From: Candidatus Buchananbacteria bacterium
Lineage (GTDB): Bacteria; Patescibacteriota; Patescibacteriia; 2-01-FULL-39-33
Reading direction: 5' to 3'
NCBI GenBank assembly: GCA_903859075.1
Contig: CAIOLF010000046.1
Span: 20,671-84,670, forward strand
Length of the DNA: 64,000 nucleotides
Shown: piece after piece, positions 1-8,139 of the stretch
Layout of the letters: each line of letters opens with the position of its first letter
How positions within the stretch are numbered: position 1 is the first letter of the stretch
Notes under the pieces: generated by a model
Told to the model about the DNA's origin: nothing
Seen by the model: only the letters and a program-made list of their open reading frames with translations
Database searches by the model: none
Program-made: the position numbers and the translations under genes

Positions 1-416
1 TGGCGTAATTGTAAGCGTCATAAACCGTACGATGGTTATCAAAACTAAGCAAATCGCGGGAGAGATCCGGATCAGTCAAACCGCCGACGGAATCCGCCAG
101 CTTGACGGTATGATTACCGCCTGCTGGATAAATAATTGCTAGCCCCTCTTTATCCAGACGTTCAGTGATCGGATCAATAAGCGCGAGTGCCTGGGTTGGC
201 ATGAGGCCTTCCAAAGAAATAGCGCCGATGCGGCTGCCGGGATAAAAACGATGGGAATATTTAGCTTCAAAGAATAAAATTAAAGACAAAAAAATCAAGG
301 CGCAAACAAAAACAGCGGCTATCACCGCGAATAAAATCCACCACTTATTGATCCGACCACCTTCTTCTCGCCTGATTTTAATGTGGAATTTTTTAAAAAT
401 TCCGGCGGGCTTAATC
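1..416 (-). CDS. N-terminal part of a membrane-anchored protein with VanW-like architecture (gene continues past the left window edge)
   Basis: ATG at 416 (reverse strand), open frame to position 1 with no stop. Hand translation: MIKPAGIFKKFHIKIRREEGGRINKWWILFAVIAAVFVCALIFLSLILFF (TM helix) then YPGSRIGAISLEGLMPTQALALIDPITERLDKEGLAIIYPAGGNHTVKLADSVGG. Not in the supplied ORF track because it is truncated. The VanW resemblance is from memory of family N-termini. Confidence 0.4.
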
Positions 417-662
417 ATTGGTATGTAAAATTTGTTTGAGAATCTCTTTAGCGACTTTTTCCTGCCGCTGGCTGGCCAGATTATCGGCGGCACCGATGGC
501 TAACTCAACTAAATCGCCTTCTCCCAAATCATGGGGCAGCTTATCTCTTTGCCAAATCAACTCCTGGCGATCCTCGGTCTTAATGACCGCTTTATCGCCT
601 TCCAATCTATCGATGACTCCTTTTATGACAAAGGCGTCCATTTTATTGCCAGGACTATTCAT
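411..662 (-). CDS. small conserved protein, DUF3006-like
   Basis: 83-aa ORF; the pattern MDAFVIKGVIDRLEGDKAVIKTED...GDLVEL resembles DUF3006 family proteins. It overlaps the downstream gene's start by a few nucleotides, as in operons. Confidence 0.45.
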   Translation of the reverse strand: MNSPGNKMDAFVIKGVIDRLEGDKAVIKTEDRQELIWQRDKLPHDLGEGDLVELAIGAADNLASQRQEKVAKEILKQILHTND

Positions 663-1116
663 TGATTTTCTTGATCTTAATGGCTGAGGTCTTATGCTTC
701 TTCGGCAGCTTGATGGTCAAAACGCCATTTTTTAAATTAGCTCTGATTTTCTGCTGATCGACTTCTTGCGGCAAGACGATGGAACGGCTGAAAGCGCCCC
801 AGTAGCATTCCCGGCAATAATAATTATCTTCCTCAACTTCCTCATCGGTCTCGCGAAAGCCGCGAATAGTCAGTAAATCATTAGTCACGGAAATATCCAA
901 ATTCTTGGGATCGACGCCGGCCATAGTCGATTTTATGACAATATTATCCTTGTCCTGATAGACATCGCAAGATAATTGGCCTTCGCCGGTAAACAATTGC
1001 TCTTGTTGCGGCGAGAAAAAACCGCCCTTATCGGGAGTGTTAAAAAAATTCTCCGGCTCGGCCGGACCGGCAGCCGGCTTGCCATATGCCGATTTAGGAC
1101 GCAGGACATTAGCCAT
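655..1116 (-). CDS. Hsp20/alpha-crystallin family small heat-shock protein
   Basis: 153 aa; alpha-crystallin domain pattern (...LTIRGFRE..., C-terminal GVLTIKLPK motif typical of Hsp20). Confidence 0.8.
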   Translation of the reverse strand: MANVLRPKSAYGKPAAGPAEPENFFNTPDKGGFFSPQQEQLFTGEGQLSCDVYQDKDNIVIKSTMAGVDPKNLDISVTNDLLTIRGFRETDEEVEEDNYYCRECYWGAFSRSIVLPQEVDQQKIRANLKNGVLTIKLPKKHKTSAIKIKKINE

Positions 1117-1183
1117 ATTGATAGTAATGATTATTCTTAACTATATTATACAACAATCTATGATAATAATTCAAGTATAAATA

Positions 1184-1192
1184 TGTTATAAT
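1184..1192 (+). promoter_or_regulatory. extended -10 element (TGtTATAAT) ending 6 nt before the ATPase start codon; suggests a leaderless transcript
   Basis: Sequence atatgTTATAATataattATG; no Shine-Dalgarno between the element and ATG at 1199. Confidence 0.35.
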
Positions 1193-1198
1193 ATAATT

Positions 1199-3796
1199 AT
1201 GAAACCAACCATTACTCTCAACCCGTTACTGGCTAACATCAAGCCATTAACCCTGGAAGCTATCCGAGAAAATTCCCTGAATAAAATCTTTAGGGATCTA
1301 AAATCGGGCAAAAACGGATTGACCGACAAGGAGGCCTTCAGGCGCTCCCGTTTCTTCGGACTTAATGAAGTGGCGCATAAGAAAAAAGTGGCGCCTCTCG
1401 TCAAGCTGTTCTCATATTTCAAAAGCCCGCTAATCATTATCCTCTTGGTAGCCGCTTCTATTTCCGGACTGGCCGGGGAATTCAAAAATTTCTTCATTAT
1501 CATGGGCATGGTCTTGCTGGGAGTCATTCTAAACTTTTATCAAGAACACAAATCCAATCAGGCGGCAAATAAAATCGCCCACCAACTGGAGATCCGGGCT
1601 TCCGTCTGGCGTAATAATTCCCAGAAAGAAATCCTCGCCAAATATATCGTGCCGGGAGACGTGCTGCTGCTCTCAGCCGGCGATATCGTGCCGGCCGACG
1701 GCCGCATCATTTCCGCCGACGATTTTTTCGTCAATGAATCGGTCCTGACCGGCGAAAGCTTTCCCGTGGAGAAAAAAGTCGGCGCAGGCAAAACCGCCAC
1801 CCTCCTCTCCGGAACTCATGTTGTTTCCGGCTATTGCTATTTCATCGCCACTAGCACCGGCGGACAGACCGAATACGGCCGGCTGGCGCAAACCATGACG
1901 GAAGCAGAGACGCCGAATGCTTTTGAAAACGGCGTCAAAAATTTCGGCTTCCTAATCATTAAAATCATCATTATTATCGTCCTGCTGATATTCTTAGTCA
2001 GCGCTTTTGAAAGAAGGGACATTGTCGATTCCTTCGTCTTTGCCTTGGCGGTAGCCGTCGGCGTCACGCCGGAACTGCTGCCCATGATCATGAGCGTCAA
2101 TATGGCCAAGGGCTCGGTCAATATGGCTAAAAAAGGCGTTCTGGTGAAACGGCTCAATGCCATTCCTGATTTCGGCAGCATGGACATCCTCTGCACCGAC
2201 AAAACCGGCACGCTTACCGAGGATCGAATTACTTTAATAAAGCATCTGGACGTCTTTGGAGTGGATTCCCTGGCGGTGCTAAGCCAAGCCTACATCAACG
2301 GCTCACTGGAAACGGGAATAAAAAGCATCCTTGATAAAGCCATCTTGGAATTCAAAGATGTCGATATTAAAGGTATTAAAAAAATCGATGAGATCCCTTA
2401 CGACTTTATGCGCAAGCGATCTTCGGTAATTTATGAGAAAAATAAAAAAAGACGGCTGGTCACCAAGGGAGCGCCGGAAGAAATATTCAAAATCTGTACT
2501 GCCTATGAAGCTAAGGGCAAACATAAAAAACTGACGCCAGCAATGCTTAAAAAAATACAGAAGCTTTATGACGATCTCAGCAATGACGGCTTGCGGGTAC
2601 TGGCCATAGCGATCCGGGAAGTCAAAGACAAAAAACGCGTCTATTCCAAAACCGAAGAAAAAGATCTGACGCTGATCGGCTTTGTCGCTTTTTACGATCC
2701 GCCCAAGGCCAGCGCCAAAGAAACCATTACCGCCATGCGTGATTATGGAATCGAAGTAAAAATTCTCACCGGCGACAGCCCGCTGGTGACCAAAAAAATC
2801 TGCTCCGATCTGGGCTTGGACGTCAAAGGCATCTTAGTCGGCGAAGATTTGAATTTTGACAAAATGAATGATGAGACCATCGCCGCCAAAGCGGCGAATA
2901 ATACCATTTTTGCCAGGTTTTCTCCCATCCAAAAAAATCGCATCATCTCCGCGCTCAAAAAAAACGGCTCCGTCGTCGGCTACTTGGGCGATGGCATTAA
3001 TGACGCGCCGTCGCTAAAAAACGCCGACGTCGCCATCTCCGTCAGCAATGCCGTGGACGTGGCCAAAGAAGCGGCCGACATTATCCTAGTCAACAAAGGA
3101 CTGAAAGAATTAATGGAGGGAGTCATTGAAGGACGCAAGACCTTTGGCAATACCATGAAATACCTGATGATGGGGCTGAGCTCCAACTTCGGCAATATGT
3201 TTTCCATGATCGGCGCCGTGATTTATCTGCCTTTTTTTCCGATGCTGCCCGGCCAAATATTGCTCAATAATCTGCTCTACGACACCTCCCAGCTGTCAAT
3301 CCCCACTGACAATGTGGACTTAGAATATCTGCGCAAGCCGCGGCATTGGGATATGAAATTCATCAAATACTTCATGGTTATCTTTGGCCTGATCAGTTCG
3401 GTCTTTGACATTCTGACCTTTGTCTTGCTTTTTGGCTTTTTCGGACTGAGAAATTCCGTCTTTCAATCCGGCTGGTTTATTGAATCGCTGCTGACCCAGA
3501 TCCTGGTCATTTATATCATTCGAACGAAAAAAATACCTTTTTTGCAATCCCGTCCCAGCAAATATTTGCTTGCCACGACACTGCTGATAATTTCTTTTGG
3601 CTTACTGATCATCAGCACTAATATCGGCCACTTCTTCGGCTTTGGCGATCTGCCTTGGATAGCGTTGGTCTATATAATTATTCTTGTTTTAATTTATCTG
3701 TTAATAGTAGAGATAGCCAAGCAAATCTTTTATCGCCTGCTGCATACGCGGGATGATAAAAAAAATATGTTGCCAGTCAAAACCGCCGCAAAATAA
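1199..3796 (+). CDS. mgtA: P-type ATPase, magnesium-transporting MgtA-like (P3B-type cation pump)
   Basis: 865 aa; TGESFPV, phosphorylation motif ICTDKTGTLT, hinge GDGINDAPSLKNADVAISV, 10 predicted TM segments. The N-terminal region and overall layout resemble MgtA/MgtB. Confidence 0.85.
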   Translation: MKPTITLNPLLANIKPLTLEAIRENSLNKIFRDLKSGKNGLTDKEAFRRSRFFGLNEVAHKKKVAPLVKLFSYFKSPLIIILLVAASISGLAGEFKNFFIIMGMVLLGVILNFYQEHKSNQAANKIAHQLEIRASVWRNNSQKEILAKYIVPGDVLLLSAGDIVPADGRIISADDFFVNESVLTGESFPVEKKVGAGKTATLLSGTHVVSGYCYFIATSTGGQTEYGRLAQTMTEAETPNAFENGVKNFGFLIIKIIIIIVLLIFLVSAFERRDIVDSFVFALAVAVGVTPELLPMIMSVNMAKGSVNMAKKGVLVKRLNAIPDFGSMDILCTDKTGTLTEDRITLIKHLDVFGVDSLAVLSQAYINGSLETGIKSILDKAILEFKDVDIKGIKKIDEIPYDFMRKRSSVIYEKNKKRRLVTKGAPEEIFKICTAYEAKGKHKKLTPAMLKKIQKLYDDLSNDGLRVLAIAIREVKDKKRVYSKTEEKDLTLIGFVAFYDPPKASAKETITAMRDYGIEVKILTGDSPLVTKKICSDLGLDVKGILVGEDLNFDKMNDETIAAKAANNTIFARFSPIQKNRIISALKKNGSVVGYLGDGINDAPSLKNADVAISVSNAVDVAKEAADIILVNKGLKELMEGVIEGRKTFGNTMKYLMMGLSSNFGNMFSMIGAVIYLPFFPMLPGQILLNNLLYDTSQLSIPTDNVDLEYLRKPRHWDMKFIKYFMVIFGLISSVFDILTFVLLFGFFGLRNSVFQSGWFIESLLTQILVIYIIRTKKIPFLQSRPSKYLLATTLLIISFGLLIISTNIGHFFGFGDLPWIALVYIIILVLIYLLIVEIAKQIFYRLLHTRDDKKNMLPVKTAAK

Positions 3797-3803
3797 AAAA
3801 AAC

Positions 3804-3836
3804 AGCTTCTCACGAATCGTGAGAAGCTAACATTGG
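3804..3836 (-). terminator. rho-independent terminator for the RlpA-like gene; the hairpin overlaps the last 6 codons and is A-rich upstream, so partly bidirectional
   Basis: Stem agcttctcacg / cgtgagaagct with loop aat, followed on the minus strand by a T8 run. Confidence 0.6.
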
Positions 3837-4262
3837 CAAACTGGCCATTGGCGGCAAACTGGCCCTGGGGCCCGGCCGCTTAGGCAAGACGAGAGCAAAC
3901 ATTGGAGCCACTCCCTTCTTTTTGAGGCCTAGCTGGTCGGCCGCTCCTTCGGAAATATCGAGATCCCTTTCTGGCTTTGACGGACCTCGGTCATTGATCC
4001 TGACCTTGCAAAACCGCCAGGTTGACAGGTCAAGCCAATTTTCCGAGTAAAGCAGAAGTACCTCCGTATCAAACTGCAGCGTGCGGGACGCCGCAGTATA
4101 GCCGGCGGGAAAAAACTCCTCACCGCTGGCTGTCTGGGTCCCCTGCCTGTACCAGCTTACCACTGACACTGGCGGCAGAAGCTTCGAGATTGGCCGCGTA
4201 GCAGCAGTGCCACCTCCGGGCACCAGCTGCGTTATGGCCAACAGCAACACTAGATGCGTCAT
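3810..4262 (-). CDS. RlpA-like double-psi beta-barrel protein (septal ring lytic transglycosylase family), secreted
   Basis: Motifs SWYRQG..TASGE..TAASRTL..VRINDRGP..DLDISEGAADQLGL match RlpA DPBB. The start was moved to the internal ATG at 4262 (MTHLVLLLAITQLV signal peptide), which has GGAGG 7 nt upstream. The 198-aa ORF-track start at 4406 has no RBS. Confidence 0.7.
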   Translation of the reverse strand: MTHLVLLLAITQLVPGGGTAATRPISKLLPPVSVVSWYRQGTQTASGEEFFPAGYTAASRTLQFDTEVLLLYSENWLDLSTWRFCKVRINDRGPSKPERDLDISEGAADQLGLKKKGVAPMFALVLPKRPGPRASLPPMASLPMLASHDS

Positions 4263-4486
4263 CGACTTACCTCCATGCTCGGCCGAGGCCTCAAATATAC
4301 GAAAAAACATCTCTACAAACCTTACCGTGAAGGAATGCTTTTGGGAGTCGTTTTCTACTTCGAAGCCGGCTAAGGAAATTGGCTGAAGTCCGCGACGAGC
4401 GAACAATCAGCAACACTGCAAGCTTACGTAAGGAACGTTATAAATGCTAAAATAACTGCCGTAATTATAAACGATTTTTGGCCTCG

Positions 4487-4514
4487 TGTCAAGATGCAAT
4501 TTATCTGCTATAAT
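4487..4514 (+). promoter_or_regulatory. putative sigma-70 promoter (TGTCAA-16-TATAAT) upstream of the small basic protein gene
   Basis: Hexamers read directly, 30 nt upstream of ATG at 4545. Confidence 0.35.
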
Positions 4515-4544
4515 TAAACTGACTAAATAATAACTTTAAACAAT

Positions 4545-4817
4545 ATGCCTATCTCCAGAAAAACCGCTGCCAAAAAAAGCGCAGCTGGTAAAATGGCCGC
4601 CGAAAAAGCAGCGCCGATCCGCGGCCAGGTTGCCGTCGACGGCTTCAAAAAAATCGGCGATGACTTAGTCGCCGCCCTCAAAGAGGTACGCAGTCGCTAC
4701 CAAAAATTGGACAAAGACACCAAGAAAAAAATCATCACCGGCGTGGCCGGTACGCTGGCGCTTTTAGCCGGCATCCGCGCCGTAAAAAAGATGGCCAAAA
4801 GAAAGAAGAAAAAATAA
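4545..4817 (+). CDS. small lysine/alanine-rich basic protein with a C-terminal hydrophobic segment; function unknown
   Basis: 90-aa ORF followed by a strong terminator; composition AKKSAAGKMAAEKAAP...KRKKKK. Confidence 0.5.
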   Translation: MPISRKTAAKKSAAGKMAAEKAAPIRGQVAVDGFKKIGDDLVAALKEVRSRYQKLDKDTKKKIITGVAGTLALLAGIRAVKKMAKRKKKK

Positions 4818-4835
4818 AGAAAGCAAGTTTCCCAA

Positions 4836-4868
4836 AGACCCTCCTGGTTTCAGGAGGGTCTTTTTTAT
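4836..4868 (+). terminator. rho-independent terminator
   Basis: agaccctcctg-gtttc-caggagggtct followed by TTTTTTATT. Confidence 0.8.
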
Positions 4869-5072
4869 TGCCGTCCAAATAAGCGAATGTCCCTTATTAT
4901 TTAAAAAAATATGCCCCTATCATGGTGCATAATTAGGCCATTTGACCATTTATTTTTAGTATGTTAAAACTATTGCAGTACCTACTAAATCGGTTAGAGA
5001 GCGAGGTTTGAATGACTTCGCATGGCATAGAAGACATAGGAGTAAGTATTGACGGAAAGGAGAGACTGTGTT

Positions 5073-6113
5073 ATGGCAGCTAAGAGCCTAACGGCCATTG
5101 TGAAAAATCCAGCCGAAGCGCCACCATCGCTGCTGACGCCGAGGCAAATCCAAAGCTTCCTGCGACGTCTGGGAACGGACAAAGAGAGACAATTGCAAAC
5201 CTTGGCCAGAATGGCGGAAACCATGCTCGCCAATCAGGTCAAGCAACGGGCGATCTTGGAAGGACGGCGGACCAAGCTGGAAAGAAAACTGACGCAAATC
5301 CGGCTGGGTCTAAGAGAAACCGGGCGTAATGAAAGGAGAATCACCCGGCTCATCAACGGCCAGGCGGCCAAGCCGCCCGAGGCCGAAGTTAAGCCCGCGG
5401 GCAAAGCCAGCCGCAAACCGCCGGTGAAAAAGAAAGTTACGAAACGCAAGATCAAAAAGCGACCGCCAAAAATCCCGCGGACGCGTAAAGCGACGGGAGC
5501 GGGACCGCGAACCGGAAGCAAAAACGAGTCCCTGTTCAATGAGATTGTCCGTCACGGCAGTAAAGGAATCGCTTCCTCTGAGTTGGTGGATTTCGCAGTC
5601 ACGGATGAGACCATCAATCCGAAACACGAGGAACGCTCAGTAGTCGCCACGCGCGTCTTCGCCATGATCCAATCGCTGCGTGAAGCGGAACTGATTGAGA
5701 ACGTCGGTGAAACGCACAAGGCCGTCTGGCGCAGCACGACAACGGCGGAAGCCAAGGCGCCAAAGCCGGACGAGCAAGCCGACGGGCGGAATGTCCGACC
5801 CCCGAAGCAATCGAACTTGGGTGCTCCGCCAGCCCAGAAACCCACCGAATTGCGGGAACTGAGACAGTCCTTCCTCAACGCACTCCTGTGCGGGAAAAAA
5901 AAAGGGCTGATCCTCGACCGGATCGTCAAGGCGGTCAAAGAGTCGGATCACTCCGGCTTTATGACCGCGGACAAAGATGATGATGAGATCCGTATCGAGG
6001 TCGGCCAGTTCTTGCGAATGAACCGCCCAAATTACGCTTGCGACGCCAAGCTTCCAGAGCATTGGTGGGTCAAGGAGGAAGCCCCTTACCCTTTTGCCAA
6101 AGACCGGAAGTAG
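5073..6113 (+). CDS. hypothetical protein with a Lys/Arg-rich central segment (GC-rich, about 60-65% GC)
   Basis: ORF-track start TTG at 5049 replaced by ATG at 5073, which has AAGGAGAG 10 nt upstream. Contains KPPVKKKVTKRKIKKRPPKIPRTRK. No motif recognised. Confidence 0.55.
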   Translation: MAAKSLTAIVKNPAEAPPSLLTPRQIQSFLRRLGTDKERQLQTLARMAETMLANQVKQRAILEGRRTKLERKLTQIRLGLRETGRNERRITRLINGQAAKPPEAEVKPAGKASRKPPVKKKVTKRKIKKRPPKIPRTRKATGAGPRTGSKNESLFNEIVRHGSKGIASSELVDFAVTDETINPKHEERSVVATRVFAMIQSLREAELIENVGETHKAVWRSTTTAEAKAPKPDEQADGRNVRPPKQSNLGAPPAQKPTELRELRQSFLNALLCGKKKGLILDRIVKAVKESDHSGFMTADKDDDEIRIEVGQFLRMNRPNYACDAKLPEHWWVKEEAPYPFAKDRK

Positions 6114-6670
6114 ACCCGCTCCGCCTGATCCGGCCAATAAACGTGGAGCAGGTGCAGCCGCTATTTCCGTTACTGATCAAGCTGTTCGACCATTGGCTTA
6201 CCTTCCAGCAACTGCTAGAAGTAGCCAAGGCCTACGCGCCGGAAGTCGGCTTTGACTTGAGTTCAACTTCGTCGACCCTAATTGACAATGGCTTCCGACT
6301 GGCCATCGCTAAGTACTCTTTATATGAGGACGAGAACGGCATCGTCAAGCCGATGCGCGTTACTGAGAGGCCAACGCCCGCTAAACGTCCGCGCGCGCAA
6401 CAAACCACGATGGAGAAGAATCTCGTAGAAGACGATGATGGCTGGGAGCAAGTTATCCTGGAAACCGTCAAATACGAAGGGCCGATTTCCACCGACGATG
6501 CCAAAGAGCGAATCCGTGATCAAGGCGGGTCCGATTCGTGGCTCATCCCGAAGGATACGGAGGATGGCGAAATCGAGGACAAGGTCGGTGAGGCAATCGA
6601 CCGACTAGATGGCCGAGGTCTGATCGAAACCGATCCTGATGGAGGAGGATGGGTCATTAGAGAACAATAA
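6038..6670 (+). CDS. hypothetical protein with an acidic C-terminus (GC-rich); start uncertain
   Basis: 210-aa ORF overlapping the previous gene by 76 nt in a different frame. The true start may be GTG near 6143, or the pair may be one gene with a frameshift. Confidence 0.4.
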   Translation: MRRQASRALVGQGGSPLPFCQRPEVDPLRLIRPINVEQVQPLFPLLIKLFDHWLTFQQLLEVAKAYAPEVGFDLSSTSSTLIDNGFRLAIAKYSLYEDENGIVKPMRVTERPTPAKRPRAQQTTMEKNLVEDDDGWEQVILETVKYEGPISTDDAKERIRDQGGSDSWLIPKDTEDGEIEDKVGEAIDRLDGRGLIETDPDGGGWVIREQ

Positions 6671-6676
6671 TTATCC

Positions 6677-6745
6677 AGCTCGAAAACGCAAGTTTTTGAG
6701 CTGTTTCTTTTTTTTGCAAAAAAAAGGATCAGCCATAGCCGATCC
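6677..6745. terminator. pair of convergent terminators between 6670 (+) and 6775 (-)
   Basis: cagctcgaaaac-gcaa-gtttttgagctg then a T-run (plus strand). ggatcagccatagccgatcc is followed by a T8 run when read on the minus strand. Confidence 0.55.
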
Positions 6746-6774
6746 CAAACATACCCTATCCGAAAAAAACATCT

Positions 6775-7263
6775 TTAGAAAATGCTATCTTCCAACTCGT
6801 AATCCTCCACCGTGCTTCCGCCAGCATTGTAGTAAAACGTTCCCCTGACTTTTCGACCATTGAGTACGACTGGCAACCAAAGCGGATCAGCGGGCCACAT
6901 CTCGTCTTTTACCTGAAGCAGCTCTTCTGCCGTAAACCAGCGAGGTTCACCCATTTCCTCAGTTTCCCTCGACTCCCCCTTCCAGTGCCGGCAAATGAAG
7001 ACGTGCATTTGTCTCACTAGGCTATCACCGACAAAATGGAACTCTAGCTCGGCCGCCTTTTGCAACTGCAAAGGACTAATCTCCACCTCCGACTCCTGGG
7101 CGGTTTCCCTGATAGTTGCCGCTTCGATGGTCTCTCCCGGCTCAACTTTACCGCCGTAACCGTTCCACTTGCCGGCACCCCAACCGCGAAGCTTCTTAGC
7201 CAAGGCAACTCGGCCATCGCGGCAGAGCAGGCACAGCGTCAGAATCTTCTTTTCTTTTGCCAT
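6775..7263 (-). CDS. NUDIX hydrolase (MutT-like)
   Basis: Nudix box GGKVEPGETIEAATIRETAQESEVEI. Start set at the internal ATG (MAKEKKIL) with AAAGGAGG upstream, not the longer ORF-track start. Confidence 0.8.
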   Translation of the reverse strand: MAKEKKILTLCLLCRDGRVALAKKLRGWGAGKWNGYGGKVEPGETIEAATIRETAQESEVEISPLQLQKAAELEFHFVGDSLVRQMHVFICRHWKGESRETEEMGEPRWFTAEELLQVKDEMWPADPLWLPVVLNGRKVRGTFYYNAGGSTVEDYELEDSIF

Positions 7264-7368
7264 ATGTTTGATTCCTCCTTTCTTGGGCTCATCATAATAC
7301 AGGCCCGCTCTTTTGGCAAGGGCTCGTTTTGGAAGCAAAAATATGATAAAATGACTGTATAATAGTTA

Positions 7369-8064
7369 ATGGAATATATGAAAAACATCATCACTTTGCT
7401 AATCATCTTGGCTCTGGGACTCTTTATCGGCCAAGCCGCTCTGGCGCATCAGCCGCGCCTAGTCACCGTGAGCGGTCCGATTACTGTCAGTAATCCGGAA
7501 ATCTCCCAGGCCTTTTATGGCGAGCTCAAAGAAGAGCCGGCCACTTATATCATTAAATCAACAAAATCATTCAAGCTATACCTGAATCTCTTGACTCCCG
7601 ACATCACAGGAGCCCGCGAAGATTTTTCCGCGCAAGTGGATTATGAAGACAGCACCAAGGTAAAGAAAAAATTGTTATTTCTTGACGGACAAAACACTTC
7701 TTGGAGCTATATGTATGAGGAATATGCCGGCGACGGCTACTTCAAGGGTCCGGAAGTCAGAGCCGATGCCTATGCCGGCATTTATACCATTAAAGTTTTT
7801 AATCCTGATAATCAAGGTAAGTATGTGTTAGCCGTCGGTGAAACAGAATCTTTTCCGCTGACTGAAATGATAAAAACCTTGATTTTGCTGCCACGGCTTA
7901 AGGCCGACTTCTTTGGCAAACCCTGGTGGACATTCTTATTCAACCAAATTGGAGTTTATGTTTTGTATCTGGTAACAATAGTTGCCGTAGTAATCGCCGT
8001 CATTATTTACATTGTTAAAAAAATAAAACGGAAAAAAGACAAAGCCGCCGAGATCAAAGAATAA
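7369..8064 (+). CDS. secreted protein with N-terminal signal peptide and C-terminal TM anchor; function unknown
   Basis: 231 aa; signal-like MKNIITLLIILALGLFIGQAALA, C-terminal hydrophobic helix plus KKIKRKKDK tail. Confidence 0.6.
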   Translation: MEYMKNIITLLIILALGLFIGQAALAHQPRLVTVSGPITVSNPEISQAFYGELKEEPATYIIKSTKSFKLYLNLLTPDITGAREDFSAQVDYEDSTKVKKKLLFLDGQNTSWSYMYEEYAGDGYFKGPEVRADAYAGIYTIKVFNPDNQGKYVLAVGETESFPLTEMIKTLILLPRLKADFFGKPWWTFLFNQIGVYVLYLVTIVAVVIAVIIYIVKKIKRKKDKAAEIKE

Positions 8065-8083
8065 AAAATGGTAATCGGAGTTA

Positions 8084-8112
8084 TTGCCAAACTTTATTAA
8101 AATTGCTAGAAT
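8084..8112 (+). promoter_or_regulatory. putative sigma-70 promoter (TTGCCA-17-TAGAAT) for cfa
   Basis: Hexamers read directly, 28 nt upstream of ATG at 8140. Confidence 0.45.
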
Positions 8113-8139
8113 ATCGCCATAATTAATCAGTCAAAAAAT

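Noticed and set aside
1186-2211. Antisense ORFs inside the P-type ATPase gene (1186-1527, 1558-1800, 1673-1891, 1837-2211), and similar antisense ORFs inside other long genes (e.g. 5234-5938, 18034-18588, 9474-9791)
   Set aside because: They are fully nested in the opposite strand of genes with strong homology-style motif support. They have no RBS. They are typical spurious open frames of GC-biased antisense strands.
3810-4406. Long 198-aa form of the RlpA-like ORF starting MFARRGLQ at 4406
   Set aside because: It has no RBS, and its N-terminal 48 aa are not signal-peptide-like. The internal ATG at 4262 has GGAGG at the ideal spacing and begins a proper signal peptide.
5049-5072. TTG start at 5049 given by the ORF track
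   Set aside because: The ATG at 5073 with AAGGAGAG 10 nt upstream is the better initiation site.
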